DNA from: Hyphomicrobiales bacterium
GTDB taxonomy: Bacteria; Pseudomonadota; Alphaproteobacteria; Rhizobiales; OSC116
NCBI GenBank assembly: GCA_051531935.1
Contig: JAOPTR010000016.1
Span: 354,134-418,133, forward strand
Length of the DNA: 64,000 nucleotides
Reading direction: 5' to 3'
Position numbers and translations under genes: made by a program. This document shows positions 46,926 to 55,658 of the stretch, piece after piece (positions within the stretch are counted from its first letter, which is position 1; every line of letters begins with the position of its first letter). The notes beneath the pieces were generated by a model. That model searched no databases and was not told the origin of the DNA. It saw nothing but the letters and a program-made list of their open reading frames with translations.

Positions 46926-46953
46926 AAGCCTGTGCATTTGCGCGGGCTTTTTT
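46926..46953 (+). terminator. Terminator-like hairpin just upstream of the DUF2829 gene
   Basis: AAGCCTG / CGGGCTT stem (one G-T) with a 10-nt loop, followed by a T-run. Lies 32 nt before the ATG at 46985. Confidence 0.45.
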
Positions 46954-46984
46954 CGTGGGCGACCACATAACCAAAGGAGAAAAG

Positions 46985-47518
46985 ATGAAAAATCAATATC
47001 GCAAAAAGGCAGTAGTAATCAGCGCCGTTCAATGGGGCGGCATCCTCACAGATGAAGTTTCAGCTTTAATGAATGAAAGCGACCGTCAAATTCAAGTTAC
47101 CACAGACGGAAAACTTGAAATCACCACGCTTGAAGGCGTTATGACTGCCGATGTTGACGATTTCATTATTAAAGGCATTCAGGGCGAATTCTACCCCTGC
47201 AAGCCTGATATTTTCTACAAAACATACGACGAAGCCGATGCCCCTCATACGGACTTAACATTTGGCGCTGCATTGGAAATGCTCAAACAAGGCGCTAAAA
47301 TCGCTCGTACTGGGTGGAATGGCTCGGGTATGTTTGTCTACTTGGTGGATGGCTCACAATTCACGGTCAATCGAGCGCCGCTGAATAAGATTTACCCGGA
47401 AGGGACGGAAATCAATTACCGCCCTCACATGGACATTAAAACCGCTGATGGCAGTTGTGGCACATGGGCACCAAGCAATTCAGACACATTGGCCGAAGAC
47501 TGGCTTATTGTAGAATAG
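46985..47518 (+). CDS. Two-domain phage protein with C-terminal DUF2829 (Tad2-like) domain
   Basis: ATG lies after AAAGGAGAAAAG. C-terminal 'LTFGAALEMLKQGAKIARTGWNGSGMFVYLV' is the DUF2829 signature. The N-terminal ~90 aa form a separate small phage domain ('GEFYPCKPDIFYKTYD'). Confidence 0.65.
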   Translation: MKNQYRKKAVVISAVQWGGILTDEVSALMNESDRQIQVTTDGKLEITTLEGVMTADVDDFIIKGIQGEFYPCKPDIFYKTYDEADAPHTDLTFGAALEMLKQGAKIARTGWNGSGMFVYLVDGSQFTVNRAPLNKIYPEGTEINYRPHMDIKTADGSCGTWAPSNSDTLAEDWLIVE

Positions 47519-47536
47519 CCCAACCTGACATTTTAG

Positions 47537-47571
47537 AGCCTTCCGTGTAGTGCGGAGGGCTTTGTAAATTT
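47537..47571 (+). terminator. Intrinsic terminator after the DUF2829 gene
   Basis: AGCCTTCCG-TGTAGTG-CGGAGGGCT hairpin (9 bp, one G-T) followed by TTGTAAATTTT. Confidence 0.6.
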
Positions 47572-47574
47572 TAG

Positions 47575-48006
47575 TTAGGCTGGGAAAAATAAGGAGTATA
47601 TTGCCAATACAAAGAAAAACAAATAGGTGAGTTTTTGCAAAAATACTGAAAACCTAAGTACTTTCGATATTACAAATTTTTCGGCAATTCCTAATAAAAA
47701 ATTTGGCTTATCCTTCAAATTTTCGTTTTTATATACCCAATTTTCAAAATTATTCAAGCCATTTGCAAATTTTCTCTCCTGCTCGTGAGACGCATCATTT
47801 GCCATGTAACTTAACCCGAAAGCAACAATAAAAATAAGAACAATAATAGCCATAATTCTAACGGCATCATGGGGTTCAATTTTTTCAATTCCAATCAAGG
47901 GAATTTTACTAATTTGTAAATCAAAATACTGAACAACCGCCAACGCGCAGCCAGAAGCAAACATTCTATTAAAACGCTTAGTAGTTTCCTCTGAATATAC
48001 TCCCAT
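47575..48006 (-). CDS. Antisense-oriented membrane protein (moron)
   Basis: 143 aa from the ATG at 48006 (GGGAG 6 nt upstream), with 2-3 hydrophobic helices. AT-rich and on the opposite strand to the surrounding late genes. Confidence 0.5.
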   Translation of the reverse strand: MGVYSEETTKRFNRMFASGCALAVVQYFDLQISKIPLIGIEKIEPHDAVRIMAIIVLIFIVAFGLSYMANDASHEQERKFANGLNNFENWVYKNENLKDKPNFLLGIAEKFVISKVLRFSVFLQKLTYLFFFVLAIYSLFFPA

Positions 48007-48046
48007 GTTCCGCTCCCATAAAAACCCCAACCATAGGCACAAAGCA

Positions 48047-48271
48047 ATGAGTCGACAAGATAACGTTGTGAAATTCGACAACAAGAATAAAACGGTCAAA
48101 GACCTTTTAGACTTCCTAAATGCTGAATACGACAAAGGCAATGTTGAGAGTATCGCTTGCACAATCCTTAATAAAAACGATGTCTACGTTCACTGGTCAA
48201 GCACTGACAATAAATTTGAAATGATCGGTGCGGTTAATCGGCTGCAATACAAATTACAAGAAGAGCTATAA
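48047..48271 (+). CDS. Hypothetical phage protein
   Basis: 74 aa, ending TAA immediately before the TerS ATG. Confidence 0.5.
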   Translation: MSRQDNVVKFDNKNKTVKDLLDFLNAEYDKGNVESIACTILNKNDVYVHWSSTDNKFEMIGAVNRLQYKLQEEL

Positions 48272-48757
48272 ATGACCAAAGCTAAAGGCAGACCTTCAAA
48301 ATACAGCAAGAAATTGGGCGATAAAATCTGCTCATTCATTATCGAAGGTTACTCTTTACGCCAGATAGAAAATGAAGACGGAATGCCTAGTAAGACTACA
48401 ATTTGTAGGTGGTTGGCGTCTGGCAATGAAACCTTTCGTGACCAATACGCGCGCGCACGCGAGGCACAGACAGAAATCATGCAGGACGAAATCCTAGAGA
48501 TTGCCGATGATGGCTCTAACGACTGGATGAAACGAGAGATCAAAGGCGGCTTAGAGGTTGATGTTGCAAACGCTGAACACATTTCGCGCTCAAGACTTAG
48601 AATTGACGCTCGCAAATGGCTGATGGGTAAAATGAAGCCTAAGAAATACGGTGACCGCACGATTTTGGCGGGCGACAAAGAAAACCCGATTGCGATAGTG
48701 CCAACATTAAATATTTTTGACATGAGGCCAGATGAGCCAGACAGAAGCGAAGATTGA
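48272..48757 (+). CDS. terS: Terminase small subunit
   Basis: 'GRPSKYSKKLGDKIC..I.EGYSLRQI....GMPS..TICRWL...E.F..QYARAREAQ' is the typical HTH-type small terminase N-terminus. Directly precedes TerL. Confidence 0.8.
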   Translation: MTKAKGRPSKYSKKLGDKICSFIIEGYSLRQIENEDGMPSKTTICRWLASGNETFRDQYARAREAQTEIMQDEILEIADDGSNDWMKREIKGGLEVDVANAEHISRSRLRIDARKWLMGKMKPKKYGDRTILAGDKENPIAIVPTLNIFDMRPDEPDRSED

Positions 48758-50225
48758 TTTAGGACTGCATCCCAAGCAAAAGGTTGCATTTCAGTCTGAC
48801 GCTACAGAAATATTATACGGTGGTGCTGCCGGTGGCGGTAAGTCTCACCTCATGCGAACAATGGCAATTACATTTTGCGCGGCCATACCAGGCTTACAAG
48901 TTTATTTGTTTCGTCGTATCCATGCTGACCTGGTTAAAAACCACATGGAAGGCGTGGGCGGCTTTAGGGCTTTGCTAGCTTCATGGGAACAAGCGGGTTT
49001 TGTTAAGATTATTGATGATGAGGTTCGATTTTGGAATGGCTCAAAAATATACCTTTGCCATTGCTTGCATGAAAAGGACAGATTTAAATATCAGGGTGCT
49101 GAAATTCACTTACTGCTGATTGATGAGCTAACTCATTTCTCGGAGAAGATTTACAGGTTCTTGCGCTCTCGATGCAGAAAAGGCGCGCTAAAAATACCTA
49201 AGCAATATGAAGGTTTATTCCCTCGCATTCTGTGTGGTGCCAACCCTGGTAACTTAGGCCATCTATTTGTTAAACAAACATTCGTTGATATATCGCCCGA
49301 ATTAGAAATTAAACGCATGCCCAAAAGCGAAGGTGGCATGTTGCGCCAATTCATTCCTGCAAAACTGAGTGACAACCCATCACTTGAAGATGATTACGAA
49401 GACAAATTATCTGGCCTTGGCAGTGTTGAGCTCGTTAAAGCCATGAAAGACGGCAACTGGGACGTTATCGAAGGAGCTTACTTTAGCGAATGGGACAAAG
49501 ACAAGCATGTTATTAAGCCGTTCACAGTGCCAGAGCATTGGACGCGGTTCTTATCTGGTGATTGGGGCAGTGCAAAGCCTTTTTCTTTCCATTGGTCGGC
49601 AATTGCTTCGGAAGACTTCATCCTACCGAGTGGGAAGATCATCCCTAAAGGTGCCATGATTGTATTTCGTGAATGGTACGGCATTAAAACCAATGCTGAT
49701 GGAACCTACAAGGCCAATGTCGGTGTTAAACTGACTGCCGAAAAAGTAGGTGCTGGACTGAAAGAACGATGCCCAGTTGATGAGAGACTTGATTATGGTG
49801 TTTTAGACCCTGCATGTTTTGCTCAAGATGGTGGCCCATCTATTTACGAACGCATGTATTTAAATGGTGGCATTCACTTTAGACCCGCAGACAATAAACG
49901 TGTTGCCAGAAATGGTGCGCAAGGTGGTTGGGACATGCTGAGAAATCGCCTAGTTGGTGAAGATGAGCGCCCAATGCTCTATTTCTTTGACACATGCACA
50001 CACATTATTCGCACCCTGCCCGCGCTGCAGCATGACGAAGTTAGACCCGAAGATGTGGACACGACGCAAGAAGATCATGCGCCTGACGAAATTAGATACG
50101 CCTGCATGAGCAGACCTTGGACAACTTCAAACCCTGAGAAAAAAGACGTCACTCAAGCACGCAAGCCAACACTTGGCGAGATTATGAAAAAGAATATGCA
50201 GCCCAATGGCCGTAAAAGGATATAA
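48732..50225 (+). CDS. terL: Terminase large subunit
   Basis: Walker A 'GGAAGGGKSHLM', Walker B 'LLLIDELTHF' and a C-terminal nuclease region ('GDWG', 'HAPDEIRY'). Confidence 0.88.
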   Translation: MSQTEAKIDLGLHPKQKVAFQSDATEILYGGAAGGGKSHLMRTMAITFCAAIPGLQVYLFRRIHADLVKNHMEGVGGFRALLASWEQAGFVKIIDDEVRFWNGSKIYLCHCLHEKDRFKYQGAEIHLLLIDELTHFSEKIYRFLRSRCRKGALKIPKQYEGLFPRILCGANPGNLGHLFVKQTFVDISPELEIKRMPKSEGGMLRQFIPAKLSDNPSLEDDYEDKLSGLGSVELVKAMKDGNWDVIEGAYFSEWDKDKHVIKPFTVPEHWTRFLSGDWGSAKPFSFHWSAIASEDFILPSGKIIPKGAMIVFREWYGIKTNADGTYKANVGVKLTAEKVGAGLKERCPVDERLDYGVLDPACFAQDGGPSIYERMYLNGGIHFRPADNKRVARNGAQGGWDMLRNRLVGEDERPMLYFFDTCTHIIRTLPALQHDEVRPEDVDTTQEDHAPDEIRYACMSRPWTTSNPEKKDVTQARKPTLGEIMKKNMQPNGRKRI

Positions 50226-50227
50226 AA

Positions 50228-52135
50228 ATGAGCGAAACCGTTACAGCCGACGATCTTCAAGACGCCTCACCAAAAGAAAAGCTTGTTTCGTCTAAATTTT
50301 GGCTCGCTGAGATCGAAGCTGCTAAAAACCGCGAAGAACCATGGCGGCTTCAAGCGAAGGCTGTCATTGATCGTTATGAAGATGATCGAGACAATGACTC
50401 ATCAGAAAATAAGATGAACATTTATTGGTCTAACGTAGAAGTTACCAAAGCGGCTTTATTCGCCGGTGGTGCTAAACCAGATGTAAGGCGCCGCTTTGAC
50501 AATGCCGATAAAGTTTCTCGGAATATTTCGCTTATCCTTGAGCGCACAATTGCCTATTTGGGCGAAGAAAACAACTTTGACGACGATATTAGCGAGGTGG
50601 TTTTTGATTTCACTACCGTTGGACGCGGAGTTTCTTGGGTTGTTTATGACCCACAAATTAGCGGTGAAGATATTATCGGCCAATCAGTGCGCCTAGACTG
50701 TGTTTATTACAATGATTTCCTATTAGGCGAGAGCCGCAACTGGAAGCAAGTGCCTTGGATTGCTCGTCGCCATAGCATGACGCGTAAACAGCTTGAGGAA
50801 TTTGTGCCAGATCAAGCGGCTAAAATACCTATGGACAACAATGTCCTCGGTTTTGGCGAGAATGACGATGAGGAACTAAAAACCCATATTAAACGCGCAG
50901 AGGTTTGGGAGATATGGGACAGAGCCACCAAAACCCGCCTATATGTCGTTAAGGGATACAAGGAAGTTATAAAAACTGACAGTGACCCGTATGGCCTGAA
51001 AGATTTTTTCCCTATGCCTGCCCCGATATATTCGGTTAAAGTTTCTGGAAAAATGTTGCCGCGCCCAGACTTTACCCAATATCAAGACCAGGCCAACGAA
51101 CTTGACGATATTAACAACCGTATTTCTAAATTGATTGAAGAATTGCGGGTGTGTGGTGTTTATGACAGCAGCCAAGAAGAAGCGCTCAAGGGAATAGACA
51201 AATTATCTGACAATGAGTTCTTGCCGGTTGAGTTATTGAAAGATTTCAGCAGTGGCAAGACTGGTGATTTTCCGATCATTTATAAGCCTCTTGGTGACAT
51301 TTTGACAGTGTTACAAGGTTTGTATGAGCAACGCGCCACGATCATTCAGACAATTTATGAAGTGACTGGCATATCTGACATTGTAAGAGGCAGTACCGAC
51401 CCACGCGAAACTAAGGGCGCTCAGCAGATTAAAGCCCAGTTCGGCAACATGCGCTTTAATAATAAGCGCACCAGTGTAGACAACATGATTTGCGGCATTT
51501 ATCGCATTGTTGGTGAAATTGTATCTGAACATTTTGAGCCAAAAATATTGACCGAAATCTCTCAGGTCAAGCTATTGCAGAATGAAGCAGAAAAACAACA
51601 ATTGGCGCAGCAAGACCCTAGTGACCCACGTTTGAATGACCCCACATGGGAAGAGATTATGCACGTTTTACGTGATGATAATCTGCGCGGCTTTAAAGTG
51701 GCGATTGAGAGTGACGCCACGGCCTTTGATGATGCCATGGAAGAAAAACAAAGCCGCATGGAATTTGCGACTGTGATGCAACAGCTTCTTGAAAAAGCAA
51801 TGCCGGCAATGCAACAGCAGCCAGAGATAGCCCCTTTGATCGAGGAGATTATCAGCTTTGTCATTGGCAGCTTTAAGGTTGGCCGCCAGATGGAAGAGGT
51901 TTTCTCAGATGCTTTTGAGCAATTTAAGAAAGCACAAGAAGAGGCCAAAAAACAACCGCCAAAGCCTGATCCTGGAATGATTAGGGCAGAGCAAGAAACA
52001 AAGCTTGAACAGCAGGAGGCGCAGCGAAAACAGGCCGAAACTCAAGATGGCATTCAAACCAATGCACGAGTTCAAGATCGTGAAGATTTTAAAGTTAAAA
52101 TGGAGGCGAAGAATGCGGAAAACATACATTTTTGA
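50228..52135 (+). CDS. Portal protein
   Basis: 635 aa directly after TerL, with an acidic/coiled C-terminus. Position and size are typical of podovirus portals. Confidence 0.75.
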   Translation: MSETVTADDLQDASPKEKLVSSKFWLAEIEAAKNREEPWRLQAKAVIDRYEDDRDNDSSENKMNIYWSNVEVTKAALFAGGAKPDVRRRFDNADKVSRNISLILERTIAYLGEENNFDDDISEVVFDFTTVGRGVSWVVYDPQISGEDIIGQSVRLDCVYYNDFLLGESRNWKQVPWIARRHSMTRKQLEEFVPDQAAKIPMDNNVLGFGENDDEELKTHIKRAEVWEIWDRATKTRLYVVKGYKEVIKTDSDPYGLKDFFPMPAPIYSVKVSGKMLPRPDFTQYQDQANELDDINNRISKLIEELRVCGVYDSSQEEALKGIDKLSDNEFLPVELLKDFSSGKTGDFPIIYKPLGDILTVLQGLYEQRATIIQTIYEVTGISDIVRGSTDPRETKGAQQIKAQFGNMRFNNKRTSVDNMICGIYRIVGEIVSEHFEPKILTEISQVKLLQNEAEKQQLAQQDPSDPRLNDPTWEEIMHVLRDDNLRGFKVAIESDATAFDDAMEEKQSRMEFATVMQQLLEKAMPAMQQQPEIAPLIEEIISFVIGSFKVGRQMEEVFSDAFEQFKKAQEEAKKQPPKPDPGMIRAEQETKLEQQEAQRKQAETQDGIQTNARVQDREDFKVKMEAKNAENIHF

Positions 52136-52304
52136 CGCTGTAACGCAGTCGATGATTGAAAAACCAAAACAGTTAAAGGCGCCAGATAGTGCGCCTTTTT
52201 TAATGCCTGACATTGGAGAATTTGAGGTGAACAACACCTTGATTAGCTCGCGCCCTCAACTGCGTGAATTTGAAAAACAACACAATGTTATTCAAACTGG
52301 ATAA
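52113..52304 (+). CDS. Small hypothetical head-module protein
   Basis: 63 aa from the ATG at 52113 (GGAGG 6 nt upstream). Overlaps the portal 3' end by 23 nt. Confidence 0.45.
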   Translation: MRKTYIFDAVTQSMIEKPKQLKAPDSAPFLMPDIGEFEVNNTLISSRPQLREFEKQHNVIQTG

Positions 52305-52323
52305 CTCAAAAAAGGAATAAAAC

Positions 52324-53355
52324 ATGGATGATGTAGCTGATAGCGGTCAGGTTTCTGACGATGCAAGCGAATCAATGTCACTTAATGAGATCGTTGACGC
52401 GGCCTTTGAGAGTGAAGGCACATCGGAAGGTGAAGCGCAAGCAGAGCCAACCGTTGATGTTCCAGAGCTTCAAGAAGGTGAACAAGCTCCAACAGAAGAG
52501 CCTCAACCAGAGCAGGAACAGGCCGAACAAAGCCAGTTACTTGCATCTGAGCATTGGGACTCTGAAATGACGGACGCATTCGCCACTCTTAACGATACTG
52601 GCAAGCAAGCCATGTTGAACATGAGCAAGAATTTACAAGCAGGGTTTACGCGTAAAAGCCAAGAAACTGCTGAAAAAGTTCGCTCACTCGACACCATTGA
52701 AAACTCCATTCCTCAAGGACTGAAAGACACTTTGCAAGCGCAAAACATGTCTACGTCTGAGGGCGTGGGCAACCTCATTGGCCTTTATGAAAAATCACAA
52801 CAAGACCCCATGGGCTATATGCAATGGTTTGCACAGCAACATGGTATTGATTTGGGGCAAATGAACCAACAGCCACAGGAGGGCAGTCAGCAATTTGACG
52901 ACCCTGCCATGGCACAACTACAACAACAGATTGACGGTTTGAATAATCAAATCGCTGGTCAGCAGCAAACACAACAAAAAGCACAACATGATCAACTCAA
53001 CCAGACCATAACGGACTTTAAAGACACGCTCGATGATGGCGGGAATTTAAAATATCCTCACTATGAACAGGTTAAAGGGATGATGGGTTCGATATTAGCA
53101 AGCCAACCAGAATATCAAAGCATGAATGATGCTGAGGCTCTGGAAACTGCATATCAATCCGCTGTATATGCCGACCCCAAATTGCGTGATGCCATGCAAA
53201 CACAGGCCGTTAATACACAAGTTGAGCAACATCAAAAGCATTTAAACCTCAAGAAGGCCAAGAAGGCGGCACCTGTGCCAAGTTCAGCAGCTAGCACTCC
53301 TGCGGCAAATATGAGCTTAGATGACATTGTCAGCGCTGCAATGGAAAATTCCTAA
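52324..53355 (+). CDS. Scaffolding protein
   Basis: 343 aa, highly Gln/Glu/Ala-rich and predicted helical. Lies between portal and major capsid genes. Confidence 0.65.
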   Translation: MDDVADSGQVSDDASESMSLNEIVDAAFESEGTSEGEAQAEPTVDVPELQEGEQAPTEEPQPEQEQAEQSQLLASEHWDSEMTDAFATLNDTGKQAMLNMSKNLQAGFTRKSQETAEKVRSLDTIENSIPQGLKDTLQAQNMSTSEGVGNLIGLYEKSQQDPMGYMQWFAQQHGIDLGQMNQQPQEGSQQFDDPAMAQLQQQIDGLNNQIAGQQQTQQKAQHDQLNQTITDFKDTLDDGGNLKYPHYEQVKGMMGSILASQPEYQSMNDAEALETAYQSAVYADPKLRDAMQTQAVNTQVEQHQKHLNLKKAKKAAPVPSSAASTPAANMSLDDIVSAAMENS

Positions 53356-53379
53356 CAACTCAAAGAAAGGTCAAAGATA

Positions 53380-54333
53380 ATGGATATCGATGACATTATG
53401 GCAACAAGTTTGAAATCTTATTCAAAAAAAATTGCCGACAACATTACGAAAGAGCATCCACTTTTTCACATTCTCAAGAAAAAAGGCAATATGAATATCG
53501 CTGACGGCGGCACTTCTATTGTTGAAACTCTTGAAGTTAATCTCAACCAAACTGTTAAATGGTTTTCGGGTTATGAAACGCTTGATATTTCACCTTCTGA
53601 AATTCTTGCCGAAGCCGAATATGACTGGCGTCAGCTATCTGCCAACGTCACTTGGAGCGGCTTAGACAAAATCAAGAATAGTGGCAAATCCCGCATTCAC
53701 AATTTTGTCACTACCAAGATTAAAAATGCCGAAAAATCCATGCAGAACGAAATGGGCATGGCAGTTTTCTACAGCAACACAGAAAATGACGGCAAGTCTA
53801 TTGGTGGTCTGCAGCATTTAATTAGCGACAATCCAGAAGTTGGCACAATTGGTGGCATTAATGCAGCCGATCACATCTGGTGGCGTAACCAAAAAGTCAG
53901 CGTGAACGGTTACACCGGTTCAGCAGCTTCAAAAGACACCATCGTTCAAGCCATGAACAAAATGGGTATTGCCTGTAAGCGTGGTTCGGACAAAATAGAT
54001 CTGATTTGTGCTGATGAGAACTTCTATTTGTTCTTCCTTGAGAGCATCCAAGAAAAGCAGCGTTTTACTAATGCAAGTCTTGCAAAAGTTGGCTTTGAGA
54101 CAGTGCGCCATTGGGGTTCTGGTGGTGATGTTTTCTATGACAGCGAATGCCCCGAAGATCATATGTATTTCATCAATAGTGATTATATTCGTTTGCGCCC
54201 TGCAAAAGGTGTGAATTTCACTATGGGTGAAAAAGAAAAAGCACTTGGTCAAGATGCCTGGACACGCCCATTCATGTGGGCCGGCAATATGACCTGTTCT
54301 AACCGTGGCATGCAAGGTGTGTTGGTAGCTTAG
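53380..54333 (+). CDS. Major capsid protein
   Basis: 317 aa after the scaffold gene, with strong codon bias and an AAAGG SD region. Resembles podovirus (BPP-1/epsilon15-like) coat proteins by position and size. Confidence 0.7.
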   Translation: MDIDDIMATSLKSYSKKIADNITKEHPLFHILKKKGNMNIADGGTSIVETLEVNLNQTVKWFSGYETLDISPSEILAEAEYDWRQLSANVTWSGLDKIKNSGKSRIHNFVTTKIKNAEKSMQNEMGMAVFYSNTENDGKSIGGLQHLISDNPEVGTIGGINAADHIWWRNQKVSVNGYTGSAASKDTIVQAMNKMGIACKRGSDKIDLICADENFYLFFLESIQEKQRFTNASLAKVGFETVRHWGSGGDVFYDSECPEDHMYFINSDYIRLRPAKGVNFTMGEKEKALGQDAWTRPFMWAGNMTCSNRGMQGVLVA

Positions 54334-54372
54334 GCTGCCAATCATTTTCATTTAATCAGAAAGTTAAAAAAA

Positions 54373-54633
54373 ATGAATGCTAACTACTCAACAACCGCGC
54401 TTGGTTTCAGTGACAAGCGCCGCACCACATTGAGCGAACACCAACTTGGTGCCGTGATGCGTGGTAATAAAAACACCGTCTGGATTTATGTCCAAGCTAG
54501 CGAGGCTGTTACAGGCACTTGCACAGTAGACGGCAGTTTTGCCTTAACCGATGCCGCAGGAGCTTACACTGCAGCCGACCCTTTTAAATCGGGTGAATTT
54601 GGTTTTGTAAAGAAAACGGCAGGCGACATTTAG
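54373..54633 (+). CDS. Small head protein (possible decoration/cement protein)
   Basis: 86 aa immediately after the capsid gene and followed by a terminator. Confidence 0.45.
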   Translation: MNANYSTTALGFSDKRRTTLSEHQLGAVMRGNKNTVWIYVQASEAVTGTCTVDGSFALTDAAGAYTAADPFKSGEFGFVKKTAGDI

Positions 54634-54654
54634 TCCCTGTGAAATCAACTTATG

Positions 54655-54678
54655 GGCGGTCTTCGGGCTGCCTTTTTT
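54655..54678 (+). terminator. Intrinsic terminator/attenuator after the capsid genes
   Basis: GGCGGTC-TTCG-GGCTGCC hairpin (7 bp including two G-T, UUCG tetraloop) followed by T6. Confidence 0.6.
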
Positions 54679-54693
54679 AATGGAGAATGTAGA

Positions 54694-55107
54694 ATGCCAA
54701 AATTCTATCCTGCAGCTAAAGAGCCGAATATTTCAGGCCGATTTAGCTTAATGTCTGTCGTCAATGCAAAAAAAAGCAAAGAGCAGAAAAAAACTGTCTA
54801 TGAAAACGTTCTGGTTTGTGAGGCCAAGGCAGGCGGCAACAGCCGTGATGTTGAAGTTAAAATTGTCAGAGGCAAAATTGGTGAAAGTCTAAAAGATCGT
54901 TTTGCTGATGCGTGGGTCGCCTATGAAAATGGTGATGACGAAAAAGACGGCAATGCTTTTGATGAGGTAAAAAAAGACCTTACCGCCGCCAAATCAGCAA
55001 AGACCAAAGCCGAGAATAAGCTTGATGAAAAACAAGTCGAACTCCATGCGGCAAAGGCTGAAATTGAAGCTCTTAAAAAAGCCGCTAAGACACCAGAAGG
55101 CGAATAA
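54694..55107 (+). CDS. Hypothetical virion protein with C-terminal coiled coil
   Basis: 137 aa from the ATG at 54694 (GGAGAA 7 nt upstream). Confidence 0.5.
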   Translation: MPKFYPAAKEPNISGRFSLMSVVNAKKSKEQKKTVYENVLVCEAKAGGNSRDVEVKIVRGKIGESLKDRFADAWVAYENGDDEKDGNAFDEVKKDLTAAKSAKTKAENKLDEKQVELHAAKAEIEALKKAAKTPEGE

Positions 55108-55109
55108 AC

Positions 55110-55658
55110 ATGAATATATTGGAAATATGCGCTGAGGCGCTTAATCAAATCGGTGAAGCGTATATTCCCAATCCTCTAATTGGTGATAGCGACGAAGATG
55201 CAAAACAAATCACTGCATTGCTTAACCAAATTGGCCGCGACTTAGCCTCCGAAGATTTTAAAACCCTAGAACGCACCACCACTTTAAATTTAGTGTCTGG
55301 TACAGTTCTTTACGACCTCCCCGCTGACTTTGGACATTTTCCACATAGTGGCAAGACTGATGATTTCGCCAAGTATGGCAATAAGATTAGATTTAATGAC
55401 GACTCAAAAACTGGCGACTTTGATCTTAAATATTATTCTAAGAATTTCTGCATTTCGAGTGATAGCACAACCGAACGAAGTGCATTTGAAACTGACAATG
55501 ACTTTCCTATAATTGATGAAGAATTATTCCTATTTGGCCTCAAATGGCAATGGAAAGCTGCCAAGGGTGATGAGTTTGCTATGGAGTTAGCAATGTATGA
55601 CGGCGCTAAGAATAAGGCGTTGTTTAGAGACAGTAATGCGGGTGTGATATCCTTATGA
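55110..55658 (+). CDS. Putative head-tail adaptor protein
   Basis: 182 aa. Assigned by position between head genes and the large tail protein. Confidence 0.4.
   Translation: MNILEICAEALNQIGEAYIPNPLIGDSDEDAKQITALLNQIGRDLASEDFKTLERTTTLNLVSGTVLYDLPADFGHFPHSGKTDDFAKYGNKIRFNDDSKTGDFDLKYYSKNFCISSDSTTERSAFETDNDFPIIDEELFLFGLKWQWKAAKGDEFAMELAMYDGAKNKALFRDSNAGVISL

Noticed and set aside
52324-53355. Gln/Glu-rich repetitive-looking coding sequence, considered as a tandem DNA repeat.
   Set aside because: No exact nucleotide periodicity was found. The bias is compositional and typical of scaffolding proteins, not a repeat array.
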